The position numbers and the translations under genes were made by a program. From the human T2T-CHM13v2.0 reference genome, Homo sapiens, in NCBI RefSeq assembly GCF_009914755.1, contig NC_060942.1: DNA of 64,000 nt; one strand, written 5' to 3'. Numbering within the stretch: the stretch's first letter is position 1; the number at the start of each line of letters is the position of its first letter. Below are positions 44,225-58,882 of the stretch, piece after piece. The notes under the pieces are model-generated. The model saw only the letters and a program-made list of their open reading frames with translations. It searched no databases and had not been told where the DNA came from.

Positions 44225-44390
44225 GCATCACTGAGTAGTAAAAAGAGTTCTAGAATAGAATTTGTCTCAGCTCCACTGCTAATAAGCTGTGTAACTTTGA
44301 ATTAAATATTAAATTTAAATAGTTTTCAGAAAATATTTGCCTGTCAAATGAGAATATAGGCCTATGTAATCTCTATGGTTTCTTAATACT
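44225..44390 (+). mobile_element. MIR/MIR3 relic
   Basis: ctcagctccactgctaataagctgtgtaactttg...ctgtcaaatgag. Confidence 0.5.
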
Positions 44391-46184
44391 TTTCTGCGAA
44401 ACAAAACACTAGGAGATAATCTTAACAGCCATAATGTTAAATGTGATCCTCTTATGTTTAAAGAAATGAGGTCATTGGGAATCAATGACTTCTGATTTTA
44501 AAATAACACATAAACCAGTCAATTTAATTGAAATAGACTTATTAAAATTATTGTTCTTGGTGATACTAATAAGAGGGTAGGTGACAAGGTATTTCATCAA
44601 GGTATTTCATGGAGGAGTGGTAATTCAGGTTTGTTTTTTTTTAAACTCTCTACTGATAATTTGCCGTGTAGACATAGGCCACATAAAACTGGCTTCAGTT
44701 AATCAAGTGGCTTTAAAACAGTTCAGTCTGATGTGCAGGTAACAGGTCCATCAATTAGAGGTCAATTAGATACAGTTACCTCAAAGTTAATTCCGTAATC
44801 AGACTAAGATGACCAAAATAGAGAAGTTGAATAAAGTCTATTTATAATAGAGCATGAATACTTAAAAGCAAACAACTTCCAATTTGGAATATCAAGACTT
44901 GTCTTACCTCTACAGATACAGAGAAAGAAAAAACTGCTTCCTGAGGGGATTCAGATGACAAACAAATCCTCTCCCCGTCGAATAATGTTCCATTTTTGCA
45001 AACTCATATTGTGGTAGATACACTGCCATCACCACAGACCAAAAATCCAACCAATTTTAAGCAAGACTGGCCCATCCTTCTCCTTTACACAAATGATCAC
45101 TCAGACATTACTTTCCCTGTAAATATCTGTGCCAAGAAAATGTCTTTCCTGAAAGCAACATTTTTTAAAATTAATAACCATTTCTTCTGACACACAAAAA
45201 TCAATGGGTCCCATTTGGTGCCTGAGGTATCACACTGACAAATAAAGGGCAGACCCCAAATGCATACTTTTCACCATCTGCCTGGAGCTTCAAGCATGCC
45301 AGGTTTGAGCAGCTTTAGATTGTTTCATTCAGTGAATTTGCTGTGAAGTAAATTCAGCCCTTGGCAGTTTTTTCTTTTCATCACCCCAGCACAGCTAGGT
45401 TTGTTGTTGTTGTTGTCCCTGGTTTTTTCACTCTGAGAATTCTAATTATAGTCACAACAACAAAGCAATTCATATATTTGTATCACCTCCTAGATTTTCA
45501 TTTCTCACCATCAACACTAATCAGTATTCTAGTCTGTTAAAAATGGCACATTTTACAGATAATCACCTTCATAAAAGCTGTCAGGTAAGTATATCATTAG
45601 CACTGAATGTGTAAGGTTCTTCAGCCTCAAATACCAAAACCAGAGACATTTTCTGAAGGTTGCCTTTGGGAAGAAAATTTATTAGAACACTGACATATCC
45701 TCACTATTTTTAAAGAGATAGTCCAGTAAAATGTTCTTGAGTCATCAATCCAGTACCTGGCACAAAAATGCATATAAAACTGGAAGTTGAAGCTGTTGAG
45801 ACTGTACTACAACTTCAGAAAGCAAGAATGAGGTCATAACTTGCTGTCACTTCTTTCCCTCTTCACCTCTCTGGCAAAGAATTTAGGATCTTAAGTCATA
45901 CTGCTGACTCTGTCTACTCAGGAAACCCTCAGAGGATTGTGTCAGTTTTCAATAATGAAGCAATGACTAGTAGTACAATGAAAGAGTGAATGAGCCTTCC
46001 TATATCTTATGAAAAGTGATTCTGATACTGAAGACCAGGATAGAATCTTCACTTCTGAAACTACCAATAGTAATTCACGTGTTAAAATCATCACCATCAT
46101 CATCACTATCACCATCCTCATTGCTGCCATTTATTCTGTCTACTAAAGTAAGGGAAAGCACTATGTTAAAAGCTTTTACATATA

Positions 46185-46745
46185 TGCCACAGTTCATTTG
46201 CAAAGATGGTCTCAATAATTTCTCCCATGTCTATGGGCAGGTCTTTTTGCAGTGTGACTTTGCCACTCTTTCTGTCAAGAAGTAGAGTTTATTTTCCATC
46301 CTCTTGCATCTAGTCTGGTCTTGTACTTGTTTTATCAAGTAAAATGTGGTAGAAGTGACTAGGGGATTCCTGAGCTTCAGTCACATGAGGCCTTGCAGAT
46401 TTTGCAGCTTGAACTCTTGCCCTCTTGCTGCCCTGAGACCACCATACAGAAAGCCAGTGCTGGTTTCTTAGCAGATAAGAGACTGTGTGGAAGAGAGAGA
46501 GAGAGAGAAACAGAGAGAGGTAAAAAATCATCAGTCATTAAAATGAGGCCATCATGGACTATCCAGCCCCAGTGAAGACACGAGATGATAGCAGGCACGT
46601 AAATGACCACAGGTAAGACCACCAGGAAAAACACCAACGCAATCCCAGCCCAAATTTCCAATTCACAAAAAGATAAGCAAAAATAATGATGTTTGTTTTA
46701 AGCTACTAAATTCTGGTTTGTACACCGTAATAGTTAACAAAAATG
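46185..46745 (+). mobile_element. MLT1G/H-like LTR
   Basis: atttgcaaagatggtc...cagtgtgactttgccactc...gtttgttttaagctactaaattctgg. Confidence 0.7.
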
Positions 46746-48559
46746 CAATTTTCTGTTTGAATCTTCAATAGAACCTTGTGCTCTTTCCAGAACATCCACC
46801 ACACTGCCTCTAGTGTCAGTCTGCCAACTGTTTACTAGATACTTGAGTGTCCCACTTGATAGGATGCACTTATTTGGTCAAAAGAAAATATGAGATACTA
46901 ACTTCAAGAAAATGAACAGGGGGAATGATTAATTAACATGAAACAGAAAGTCATACTTAAAAGTTATAATTTCTCTCCTGTCTTGGCTGGGAAGGAGTGA
47001 GGAAATTGATCTAGAGGTCATTCTCTGCAGTTACAATTTGCCCAGATATGGGTCAGAAAGTAGGAGGTCAGGGAGAGGCTCAAAGTTTATGGGTTTTCAT
47101 ATCACCATTACCACTTCAAATGTCCAAAGCCCATTCTCCTTTTCCAGGTGTTTCAAGGACTCTGGTCTGTTGAAAGGGTGGTTGTCTGCATAGAGAGATT
47201 TATATATAGGCCAAGTAGTTCTGAAGCCAAGATTGTGCTTCCTGCTGAATGGTCACTGGACCTGCTGGCTGCAGTCCTCACCGTTAACATTGAGAATGAC
47301 AACATGGCCCCTTGACACAGGTGATTTAACAGTATAGAGTTGAGACAGTTCCACCCAATTACAGACTAGATGATCTAGGTTTGGACTAATCTCTCTCACA
47401 GGGTGAAATAACTGCTTCACATATTGCTCCAAATCTTTTCTGGAATCAACATTTAAATCTCAAGTAAAATGAATTTGACATTTCTGCTCTAAGTTTCTAC
47501 TGTGATGAACTCGCCCTAAGGCAATGGATATCTACATATCTGGCAGGGAGAAGAAGTTCAACAATAAGAAAAGAGAAGAGTACAGCTTTCAAAACTTATC
47601 CTGTCACATGGTATATGGTCTAGGGCTACTTGGAGGAATGTGGGCTCAAGAAGAATTCAGAGAAATCCTAGACCATCATTGAAGGTCAAAAGAATCAGGA
47701 AAAGCTTAAAGGAGAAGGTGGGACATCAACTAGTCCATCATAAGCTATTTAAATTACCAAAATAGAATTAGCATTAACAGAACTGTCATGGTGACATTAG
47801 CAGTATTTGGTTGGATGTGGACAATTATTGAGCTCATTCTGAAACATAAACCAGGTTATATTAATTTCTAAATAAAGCAACAGTAATAATCCTAATAATT
47901 CACAGTTATTTTTATTCCATTCATGGACAAAGCAGTTTATGTATATTATTTCATTGGATAAATAATAGTATTAACTGAAAGTCATTATTGTAAGAGGCAG
48001 TTTTATCATTCATGCACACTATAACCAGCCAGATGTACTATTTGGTTCTTTTTTGAAATAGTAGGTTGTTTTGCTTTGATTTTGTTTTCTGCTTCATGCC
48101 CATACATGCTAAATAGTGAGTCTGAGGTGTACAAGGACAGCAAAAACTATTTACCTCCTGAGAGTCTGTGAAATCTCTCATTTTTTAGTCTCCTCACAAT
48201 TGGAAAATATTGTTTTTCCTTTATAGGTGTCAATGAACCTAAACACGTGAATGTGCCATTTTAAAACATTTCTGAACTTTTCTCACCGTACTTGTCACTG
48301 CTGACTCACTGGGACAAGAGGACGTCTTGCAATATATTCCTGTCTCTTCCCCCTTTAGATCTCCTGATGCTTGTTTTCTCTTACTTGGCTCACCTTCTGA
48401 GCATATTAGCTTTACTTCTTACCATTCCCTTTATACTTTTTGCAAGTGAATTCACCTTTTACTCCAGTCCTAAGACGTCTCTTTGTCCCACAGAACTTAT
48501 AAACTGGCATTTTTCACTCAAGGCTGCATAATTTTATTTTACTTTTAGTGAGGTTACAT

Positions 48560-51500
48560 TCCACTTGGGATATAGAAAACTTAAAAGTATCCTCTCACTC
48601 TAACAAAAAAAAGTAGAAAAGCTACCAAATTATAACATTTCTTGATCTCAGTAGACATGTAAGCTCACACCTGAAATCTGAGAAAAGTTAGGAACCTCCA
48701 TGGAAAAATGGGACACAAGCACCCAGAGCACAGAAGGAAAGCAATGCTTCCCTATAAGCGCTTAAGAAGAATCCTTTAACTAATGGCTAAAGACTGAATG
48801 TGGGCTAGTATGAGAATATGGAGTCCCTGGAAGCTGAAAATTCACTAGCAGGATTTTTCACTGTGATCACAGGAAAGATCAGAGGCATGGTGGAAAAGAA
48901 ATCTTCCATTATGGTACAGGCCTGGAGCTGGAGAGTGGCTCTCTCTCTCCAGGAAATACACAAGGTCCTATCTGGAATTTTTTTGTTTTCATTATAAAAC
49001 AAAAGCTTTAAGTTACTGGAGAAAGGGAAATAAAGCCTGTTGTCACCAGTGTACAGATAAAGGCACACTGTGGGTGTGAAAGGGGAAAATGAAAAACTCT
49101 CTACCCTGGTTAAAGGTAGCAGTTCTCTTTTTCTGAGAAAATGACAAGATCACTGAAATATCCCCACCCCAGATAAAAGGAACACAGAGTTGGTCTAACA
49201 CTGAGGGTAGTCTAGGACAATAGTCCCCTGAAAATCTCCCCTACCATGCTGTCAAGCATTGAGTAACAAGCAACAGAAGTCTATTGCTAAAGGATGGGCA
49301 AGAGCATAAAAACCTCCCTGAGGTACAAGCCTAAAGGGAGGGCCTAAAACTGAGGGTTAAAGAGACCCTGAGAATAAAAACCTTCCAGAAAACTACTGCC
49401 CAGACTGAGCACAAGGTAAATATGCAGGGATTTGAAGCTGATGATATACTAAAGGTAACCAGAGTAACAACATCACTCAAACTCAGCTCAACTCCTAGTG
49501 AGATTAACTTAACCAGCCACTTTGTAGATCCTTCTCTTAGCAAAAGAGAAGGTGTTCTCATTTCCAAGCCTAAATATTATTTATCTTAGTCTCCACTGTC
49601 ACATACAGAATGACCAGCTTTTAAGAAAAAATTGTGAGACACTCAAAAAATTAAGAAAAAGAAACAAGCCACTGTCAAGGGACAAAATACCAGCAAAACC
49701 AGGCTCAGGAACGAACCAGATGTTGGAACTAACAAAGAGGGAATGTAAAATAAATATTATTAGTATGTTAAACATACTGATGGAAAAGGTGGACAACATG
49801 CATAAACAGATAGGGAAGGCCTTTGCTTATTTCAGCACAGTGAAGGAAACAAAGATCTTAAAGGTAGTTGAATAGATGACCAGAACTGAAACACAAAGAA
49901 AATAAAGAGTAGAAGATAAAACGAACAGAACAGAACTTCCAAAATCTGGACATCAGATGGCTCTCTCTCTTTCTCTGTCTCTCTCTATATATATATTTCA
50001 CCTCAGAGGAGAGAAAGGAAACAAGGTGGAAGAAATATTTTAAAATATACTAGCTGAGAATTTCCAGAAATAATAAAATCCATCATATCGCAAATCTAAA
50101 AAATTCAGGGCTCCCCAAGCACAAGGAAACACAAACACATGCCCCTAGACAAATCATAATCAAACTGCTAAGAAAAAATAGAGAAAAGTGAAAGTTTTGA
50201 AAGCAGTCATTGGAGGTTGGGGGAGGGGAAGAACACATTAGACACATAAAAATAAAGGTAAAAATTATAGCAGATATTTTGTCTGTACAGGCAGAAGACA
50301 ACAGAGTGACATCTTTAAAGCGCAGAAAAAACACTGTCAAACTGGGATTCTCTACCAAACAAAAATATATTTCCAAATGTAAGGACAAATAAAGACTTTG
50401 TCAGACTAACAAAAATTGAGAGAATCCATTTTCAGTAGATTTGCATTACAAAATGAAAAAAGTTAAAATAATTTGTTCAAGTAGAGGAGATATGATACCA
50501 GACAGACTTGGATCTACACAAAGAAATGAAGAGATCTAGAAATAACATAAATGAGGGTAAATATAAAATTTTTAAGAAAAATTTTTAATTGCTACTAAAT
50601 ATAGTTGACTGCCTAAAGCAAAAAATATAGCAATGTGTTTTGAGTTTATAACATGTATGGAGTAAAATACATGGAAACCATGGCACAAAGATGAAAGAGA
50701 GGAATTGAAAGTATGCCATTGTAAAGTCCTTACTTTACACATGAGGCAGTTAATATTATTACTAGCTATACTGTGATTAAAGATAAATCCAAAGAAACCA
50801 CAGAAAATTTAAAGAGTATAAATCATTAACAAATACTGGAGATAAATGAAATAAAATATTTAATATAAAAGCAAACAGGATAAAAGTGGAGGTGGGAATA
50901 AATAGCAGATGCGACAAATAGAAACTAGCTGTAAAGGTGATGGATTTCAATTTAACCATATCAATAACATTAAATGTAAATGGTCTAAACATATCAGTTA
51001 AACAGATGAGACAAAGAGCAAGAAAGCAGCTGTTCATAAGAAAGCTACTTTAAGTGTAAAGTCATATATAGGTTAAAGTATAAGGCTGGAAAAAGGGCAC
51101 ACTATGTATATATCAATTAAAATAAATCTGAGTTTGCCATATTAATATTACACAGAGTAAGCTTCAAAACAAGCAATATTACTTAGGATAAAGAAGGGCA
51201 TTACATAGTAATAAAGGGATCCATTTGCCAATAAGGCATAATAATATTAAGTGTATATGTACCTAATAATGGGTTTCCAAATACATGAGGCAAAAATTGA
51301 CAGCACAGAGTGGAGAAACAAACAACTCCATAATTAGAGCAGATTTCAGTACTTCTCCTTCTCTCAGCAATCAACAAACTAAGTGGAGAGAAAAATTAAT
51401 AAGGATATAGAAGATTTGAATAACACTATCAATCACCTTCATCTTATGGATATTTATAGAGCATTTTATCCTACAACAGCAGCATGCATATTTTTCTCAA

Positions 51501-51680
51501 TGTTATTTTCTCATGGAATATTCACAATAATGGGACATATTGTAGGCCATAAAATAACGTTAACAACTTTAAAAGAATAGAAATAAAGTATGTTGTTGAA
51601 CCTAGAGGAATTAAACTGAAATCAATTTCAGAAACATATCTGGAAAGTTTCCAAACATTTAGAAATTCATTAAGGTAGAT
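48560..51680 (+). mobile_element. Old L1M (MC/MD-like) 5' portion: 5'UTR, ORF1 and EN remnants
   Basis: 'NQMLELT...IISMLNILMEKVDNM' and 'KINKDIEDLNNTINHLHLMDIYRAFYPTT'; acattaaatgtaaatggtctaaac (start of EN). Confidence 0.8.
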
Positions 51681-51694
51681 TAAATTTTTACAAC

Positions 51695-51995
<301 letters not shown>

Positions 51996-52559
51996 AAATT
52001 TTTACATTCTTTTTAAGTCCCTTAAAGAAAATGTGGAGTATTTCAGAAACAACATTTTATTTATTTGAACGTAATTGTTTAAGAATTTGTGATAATTCAG
52101 ACGAAGACTAGGCTGACCCTTATATGATCATTTAAACAAGAATTTAATAATCTGGGAAACTTTGAAACTACCAAAAAGTTTAATTGTAAATTTCTTGAAC
52201 ATATTGCACACACTAGGTGCTCATTAAGTAATTTTGTATTAATAAAAATCAAATTAGAATATTTAATATATGAAAATTTTTACATGCTATGTAGTCAAAA
52301 GTATGTATGTGCTAAGAACAAATGGTTATTATTTATTACATTTACATCAAGGTAAGTTCTCAAATTTCACCTGAAATTAACCAAGTTCAAATTAATCAAA
52401 TCCTTATATATTAAATTTTCTGTACTTTCTGATTAGTTTATGCCATATTATGTACCTTAAAATAATAGAACTGCATGCCTTAGAAAAATATGTTGTAATA
52501 AAAATTAACTGTCAAAGGGATCTTTTGGAGGATTATTTTGAATGTTTAGGTTTTCACTA

Positions 52560-53710
52560 CATTTAGTCATTCAAGAAAGATAATTGCAGTGCCGTGTGTC
52601 AACCATTGTGCTAGGAGGTGAAGGGTAGAGGCTCAAAGAACATTAGCTTTCATGTACCGTGTGCCAGGCAATTAACCCTTAATTGCCTCCTCATGGTTAT
52701 TATTTTGTCTGTTTTACAAATAAGGAAACAGAAGATCAGAGAGGTTAATTTTTACCCAGTCACACAGCCAGGGTACCAGGGATTTAAATACAGATTTGTC
52801 TGTTTCCAAAGCCTGCATTCCTAACTGCTTTCTAAGACATGGTCAAGTTTCCTTACGGACCTTGCACTGTAAGGTAGTTGAGGAGACAAGATATGTATGC
52901 ATATGAGTTAATTATAACACAAGGCAGTCAGTAAAGGTTAAAGCAAATGGAAGTGTAAGTACCTAGGGAAATGGTGCCTACCGGTTATGAACAACTGAGT
53001 TCAGAAACTGCTTCAGCATTTGGATGGTCTTGGGCAAGTTACTTAACCCCTCAACCTTTATTTTCCCTTATGTAAAACTGGAAAAACACAGAGGCTATCT
53101 CATGAAGTACAATACAAGCTCCAATAAAGTTGTTGTTAAGGATTAACCAAAGTTATATCAAATGAAGCCCTTGGAACATAGTAAGCATTATAAGTAGTAG
53201 CTATAATTTGACAACTGATTGACATCTTTTCACCCTACTAGATTAAGAGTTCCCATATGGTCAGGGAAAGATTTGTCTGATTTGCTTATCATTTTGTCAC
53301 TAGGGTCAAGCTTGGTACCACAATACTCAGAACAGGTTAAGGCCTAACTAAATGAAAGATTCCAGATTCAGATGTGGCAGGTGGAGAGACAGAGAGAGAG
53401 ACAAAGAGAGAATTGTTAACTTCAGGAAACAGGGAGGACTTTACTTAGAAGATAGAATATAAGCCAGTCCTTGGAAGACTTAGTATTTTAAATAAATGGA
53501 GGGGAAAGAGAAATATGTATTGGGTAAGTATAATGGCATTTGGAAAGCTAGTAAGGTGGGAATAGAAAATTCATGTTTGAGTGACAATAAGTAGACCAAC
53601 CTTGCTGATGTAGAGAATTCATGTAGGAGAGCAATAAGGAGAGAAAGCTATAAAAGGAGGCTGGCATTGAAATACAGGGCTTTGAATGCCAGGCAACACA
53701 AGCAATCCTC
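52560..53710. mobile_element. Cluster of MIR and L2 relics
   Basis: MIR cores gttttacaaataaggaaacagaagatcagagaggttaa (minus) and tcttgggcaagttacttaacc (plus), with L2-like pieces between. Confidence 0.6.
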
Positions 53711-54118
53711 TTATTTTTCTTCTTTCAGCTTTTGCGTCCCAGAAAGAGCTTACATTTACTCCCTCTTCATTTTTTTTGAGGGTAGGGGAAACACAGGGTT
53801 CCATTCATTATATTTTGACACATATAAGCTACCCATTGCTGTTGGAACTAATAAATATTATATGAATAGTCTTATAACACAGGTTTTGGTGCCAAGGCTA
53901 ATAGGCTCTGCTAAGGACTTACCTATGCTATCTCCATAGACCCACTATAGAGGAGAGCATTAAAGCATTCATTTCTGCCTCTTTCTGAAAGATGCAGGGC
54001 TTAGGCAGCTCTGCAGGAGTTCAAATAAATCTCTCTCCCATGACACTGAAAATGAATGAAAGGTTGGTGCCAAGATTCTTAGTAGTCCTATTATATGGTA
54101 TTACTAATGATAATATTC

Positions 54119-54120
<2 letters not shown>

Positions 54121-54171
<51 letters not shown>
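54121..54171. repeat. (CT)n microsatellite, about 25 units
   Basis: Read directly. Confidence 0.97.
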
Positions 54172-54174
<3 letters not shown>

Positions 54175-55639
54175 ATTGCACAAGAAAAGGGCTGGCTGTA
54201 AGCTTTCAGCATCTGGAAATGATTTTGGGCATGGAAATTTGAATAATTTGAACAAATCCTCTCTGAGACAATTAGGAACCTCAGAACACAATCTACAACA
54301 AGGCTATCAATTAAGAATGGGATTGGAAGCTGTCTCTCCCATTTGGCCAGGCTTCACTTGAAAATGAAGGAACATGAAATATAAAAAATTCTCAGCATCA
54401 GGACTGCCTTTTCAAAGCATAATGTCCTCTATGACTGGCTGAGAGCAACAAAAACTATTATTTTTCTCCAAAGATAATTCTCTAGTGAAATCATTTGTGC
54501 CCTTTAACCCTCCCTCAATAGTAATTCTTTCTTCTCATCCTATTTTTGCATACCCTTTTTCTGCTACCCCAAGGCCTTCAAGAGTATTTCAGACTCCATC
54601 CCGTAGTCATATACCTTGCTTCTCTGGGTAATTCATGTCACTTATGGACCTACAGAGGTACAGTAATTCCCATATTTTCCACTCACCCTCACAGCCTTGT
54701 CATTATGACTGAGTTTCTGCCTTAAGAGTTGAGACTACAGATAGTCCAGAACTCTAGACTCCTGGTCCAGTGTTCTTTCCACTGTATAAACTTATCTTTC
54801 ATGTAGTTAATGATTTTGTGTCATTTTCTCTCCTCAAAATTTGTATTTTTTCAAGAGAAACTAAGAGGGAAATGTATAGCTCTCAAAAAATGAATCACTA
54901 AAAAGTTGTTTAAAAAGACTTTCTGGACACTTAAATCACTTTCTGGACTACCTTAAAGAAGTAATCTTCATGTTGGTCCTTTCTTGTCCTGTCTACTCAG
55001 AAAGAATTCCCAAAGATCTGGACTGTGTAGAATATTCTACACTATAGCTTCTGCAGAGGTTTAAAATTCATAAACAAATGTTCAGTCTTTCAACAGCCAG
55101 TTTGATTGCCTATAAATTCCAGTCACTCTGATTGCTAAAGGAACATGAATAAAGACAATTTTTTAATTAATAAAGTTTTCACTCCAGCAGATAATTGAGA
55201 AATGATCATACTACATGGCAAGTATTACAGTGAAGGAGGCTGTGGGTACCAGTATACAGTAGAAGAAGCCATCAAACACCAGGAGAATTAGGAAAAGTCA
55301 AGGATGATGTGGCAACAAAGCTGAGTTTTAAAGAATAAGTAGAAATTAGCCAAATGGAAAGAGGGAAGAAAGAAATTGAAAATAGAAGGAATACGAGCAA
55401 AGACACGGATGAATATGCCACCAATGCATCTGGGGAAGTACAAATGCTTAATATGCTATACTATAGATCATGCAAGAGGAATAGAGATTGAAGAGGTAAG
55501 AAAGTAGGCAAAGAGTGGCTTTAAATGCCTAGCTAAGGAGCTTGAATTTTATGCAGCTTTGAGAGACCTACTTGCCAGACCTCAATTTAATTAATATGTT
55601 ATTTTTTATAAGGCAAAGACATCAGGATTCTTAGAGACA

Positions 55640-56118
55640 CTAAATTCAAATTTACATCTGCCTAGTGCCATTTCCATTTGGATATCTCATAAGCATCTGA
55701 AATTTAATGTCACCAAAACAGAACAAATGCTTACCCTAGCCAATCTACTCCTCTCCAGAAACCCCCTCTCATCTCAGTAAATGGCATTACCATCCACCCA
55801 GTTGTTCAATTCTAAAACTTAAGAATCACACTTTATTTCTCTTTTCCTTATTCTACACTTCCAAACCATCAGAAAGGCCTGACAGCTCTACTTCCAATAA
55901 TTATTCAGGATCCAACCATTTTTCATCAGCTTTCTGCCTGTAACTCAATCTGTGTCTCCTTACTTCCCACCTGAATACAAGAAAAGCCTCCTAACTGTTC
56001 TCTCTCTCTCTGCCTCTCCTCTTTCCCCCTAGTGATCTTTCTCCACACAGCAGCCATGGTGATCTCTTAAAACAGAAATCAGATTACGTCATTCTTACGA
56101 TTAAAAACCACCAATGGA
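55640..56118 (+). mobile_element. L2 fragment (an opposite-strand L2 piece lies at ~55200-55560)
   Basis: catttccatttggatatctcataagcatctgaaatttaatgtc; atctcagtaaatggcattaccatccacccagttg. Confidence 0.75.
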
Positions 56119-57716
56119 GATTCAGAAAAAATGGTGGATAGGAGGCAGGACTAACTTGCAGCTCCCACTCAGATGGCCAGAACAGTGAGTCCACTGTACT
56201 CCCCTGCTGCCTCCACAAGAGTAGGTGCCAGTATCCACGGGTGAGAGACCTGAAGATGGATCACATCACAGGACGCTGAAGACGCTCCCCAGTACCAGCC
56301 CAGAGCCTGTAGGAAAAGGGGGAAAATACTACATCAAGGGAGCACCCCTGAGAGACAAAATAATCTGAACAGCAGCCCTTGAGTCCCAGATCTTCCTTCT
56401 GACACAGTCTACCCAAATGAGAAAAAAACAGAAAAACAATTCTGGTAACATGATAAAACAAAGTTCTTTAACACCCCTTAAAGGTCACACTAGCTCACCA
56501 GCAATGGATCCAAACCAAGATGTAAACTCTGAATTGCCAGAAAAAGAATTCAGAAGGTCTATTAAACCAACCATGGAGGCACCAGAGAAAGGTGAAGTCC
56601 AACCTAAAGAAATGAAAAAAAAAAAAAAAGATACAGGATATGAATGGAAAAATCTCCAGTGAAATAGATATCATAAATTAAAAGAAAAGAAAAATCACAA
56701 CTCCTGGAAGTCGAGGACGCACTTAGGGAAATACAAAGTGCACTGGAAAGTCTTAGCAATAGAATCAAATGAGCAGAAGAAAGAACTTCAAAGCTCAAAG
56801 GCAAGGCTTTTGAATTAACCCAATCTGACAAAGACAAAGAAAATAATTTTTTTAAATGAATAAAACCTCCAGGAAGTTTGGGATTATGTTAAGTAATCAA
56901 ACATGAGAATAATTAGTGTTCCCAAAACAGAAGAGAAATCTAAAGTTTGAAAAACATATTTGAGGGGATAATCAAGGAAAACCTCCCTAGCCTTGTTAGA
57001 GATCTAGACATTCAACTACAAGAAGCTCAAAGAATACCTGGGGAATTCATTGTAAAAAGATCATTGCCTAGGCACATAGTCATCAGGTTATCTAAAGTCT
57101 AGACAGGATACAATAGTAAGAGCTGTGAGGCAAAAGCGTTAGGTAACATACAAAGGAAAATCTATCAGATTAACAGCAGATTTCTTGGCAGACACCCTAC
57201 AAGCTAGAAGGGATTGGGGCCCTACTTTTAGCCTCCTTAAACAAAACAATTATCAGTCAAGAATTTTGTATCTAGTGAAGCTATGCTTTATAAATGAAGG
57301 AAAAATAGTCTTTCTCAGACAAACAAATGCTGACAGAATTTACCACTACCAAACCAGCACTACAAGAACTGCTAAAAGGAGCTCTAAATCTTCAAACAAA
57401 TCCTCAAAATGCACCAAAATAGAATCTATTAAAGCATAAATATCACAGGACCTATAAAATGATAACACAATGACAAAAAATAGCAACAAATAGCACAATG
57501 AATAGAATAGTACTTCACATCTTAATACTAATGTTGAATGTAAGTAGCCTAAATGCTCCACTAAAAAGATACAGAATGGATAAGAACTCATCAACCTAGT
57601 ATTTGCTGTCTTTAAGAGATTCACTTGACACATAAGGACACACATAAACTTAAAGGGATTGAAAAAGACAATCCATGCAAAGAAACACCAAAAGCTAGCA
57701 GGATTAGCTATTTTGT

Positions 57717-58095
<379 letters not shown>

Positions 58096-58829
58096 TAACG
58101 ATAAAAGGACTACTCCAACAGAAAATATCACAATTCTAAATATATATTCACGTAACACTTGAGTTCCCAAATTTATTAAAAAATTATCACTAGATCTATG
58201 AAATGAGATAGACAGCAACACAGTAGTAGTCGGGGATATAGTACTTCACTGACAGCACTAGATGAGTCATAAAGACAGAAATCAAGAAAGAAACAATGGA
58301 CTTAAATTATACCCTAGAAAAAATAAACGTAACACATATTTACAGAACATTACCCAATGACTGCAAAACAGACATTCTATTCATCAGCATATGGAACACT
58401 CTCTAAGATAAACCATATGATAGGTCACAAAACAAGAAAAGAAAACTAAAATTATATCAAGTACTCTCTCAGACTACAGTGGAATAAAATTGGAAATCAA
58501 CTCCAAAAGGAACCCTCTAAACCAAGAAAATTAAATAACCTGCTCCTAAATGATCATTGGGTCAACAATGAAATCAAGATGGAAATTAAAAAATACTTTG
58601 AACTAAACCATAATAGTGACACTAACTATCAAAACCTTTGAGATACAGGAAGAGTGATACTAAGAGGAAAGTTCACAGGATTAAATGCCTACATCAAAAG
58701 TCTGAAAGAGCACAAATAGACAATCTAAAGTCACACCTCAAGGAACTAGAGAAACAAGAACAAATCAAACTCAAACAGAGCAGAAGAAAAGAAATAAGCA
58801 AGATAAGGGCAGAACTAAATGAAACTGAT

Positions 58830-58846
58830 ACACAGACACAGACACA

Positions 58847-58878
<32 letters not shown>
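58830..58878. repeat. (CAGACA)n/(CA)n microsatellite
   Basis: Read directly. Confidence 0.95.

Positions 58879-58882
<4 letters not shown>

Noticed and set aside
44585-44610. Short tandem duplications (caaggtatttcat x2; similar ones at ~2186 and ~14278)
   Set aside because: These are ordinary slippage events.
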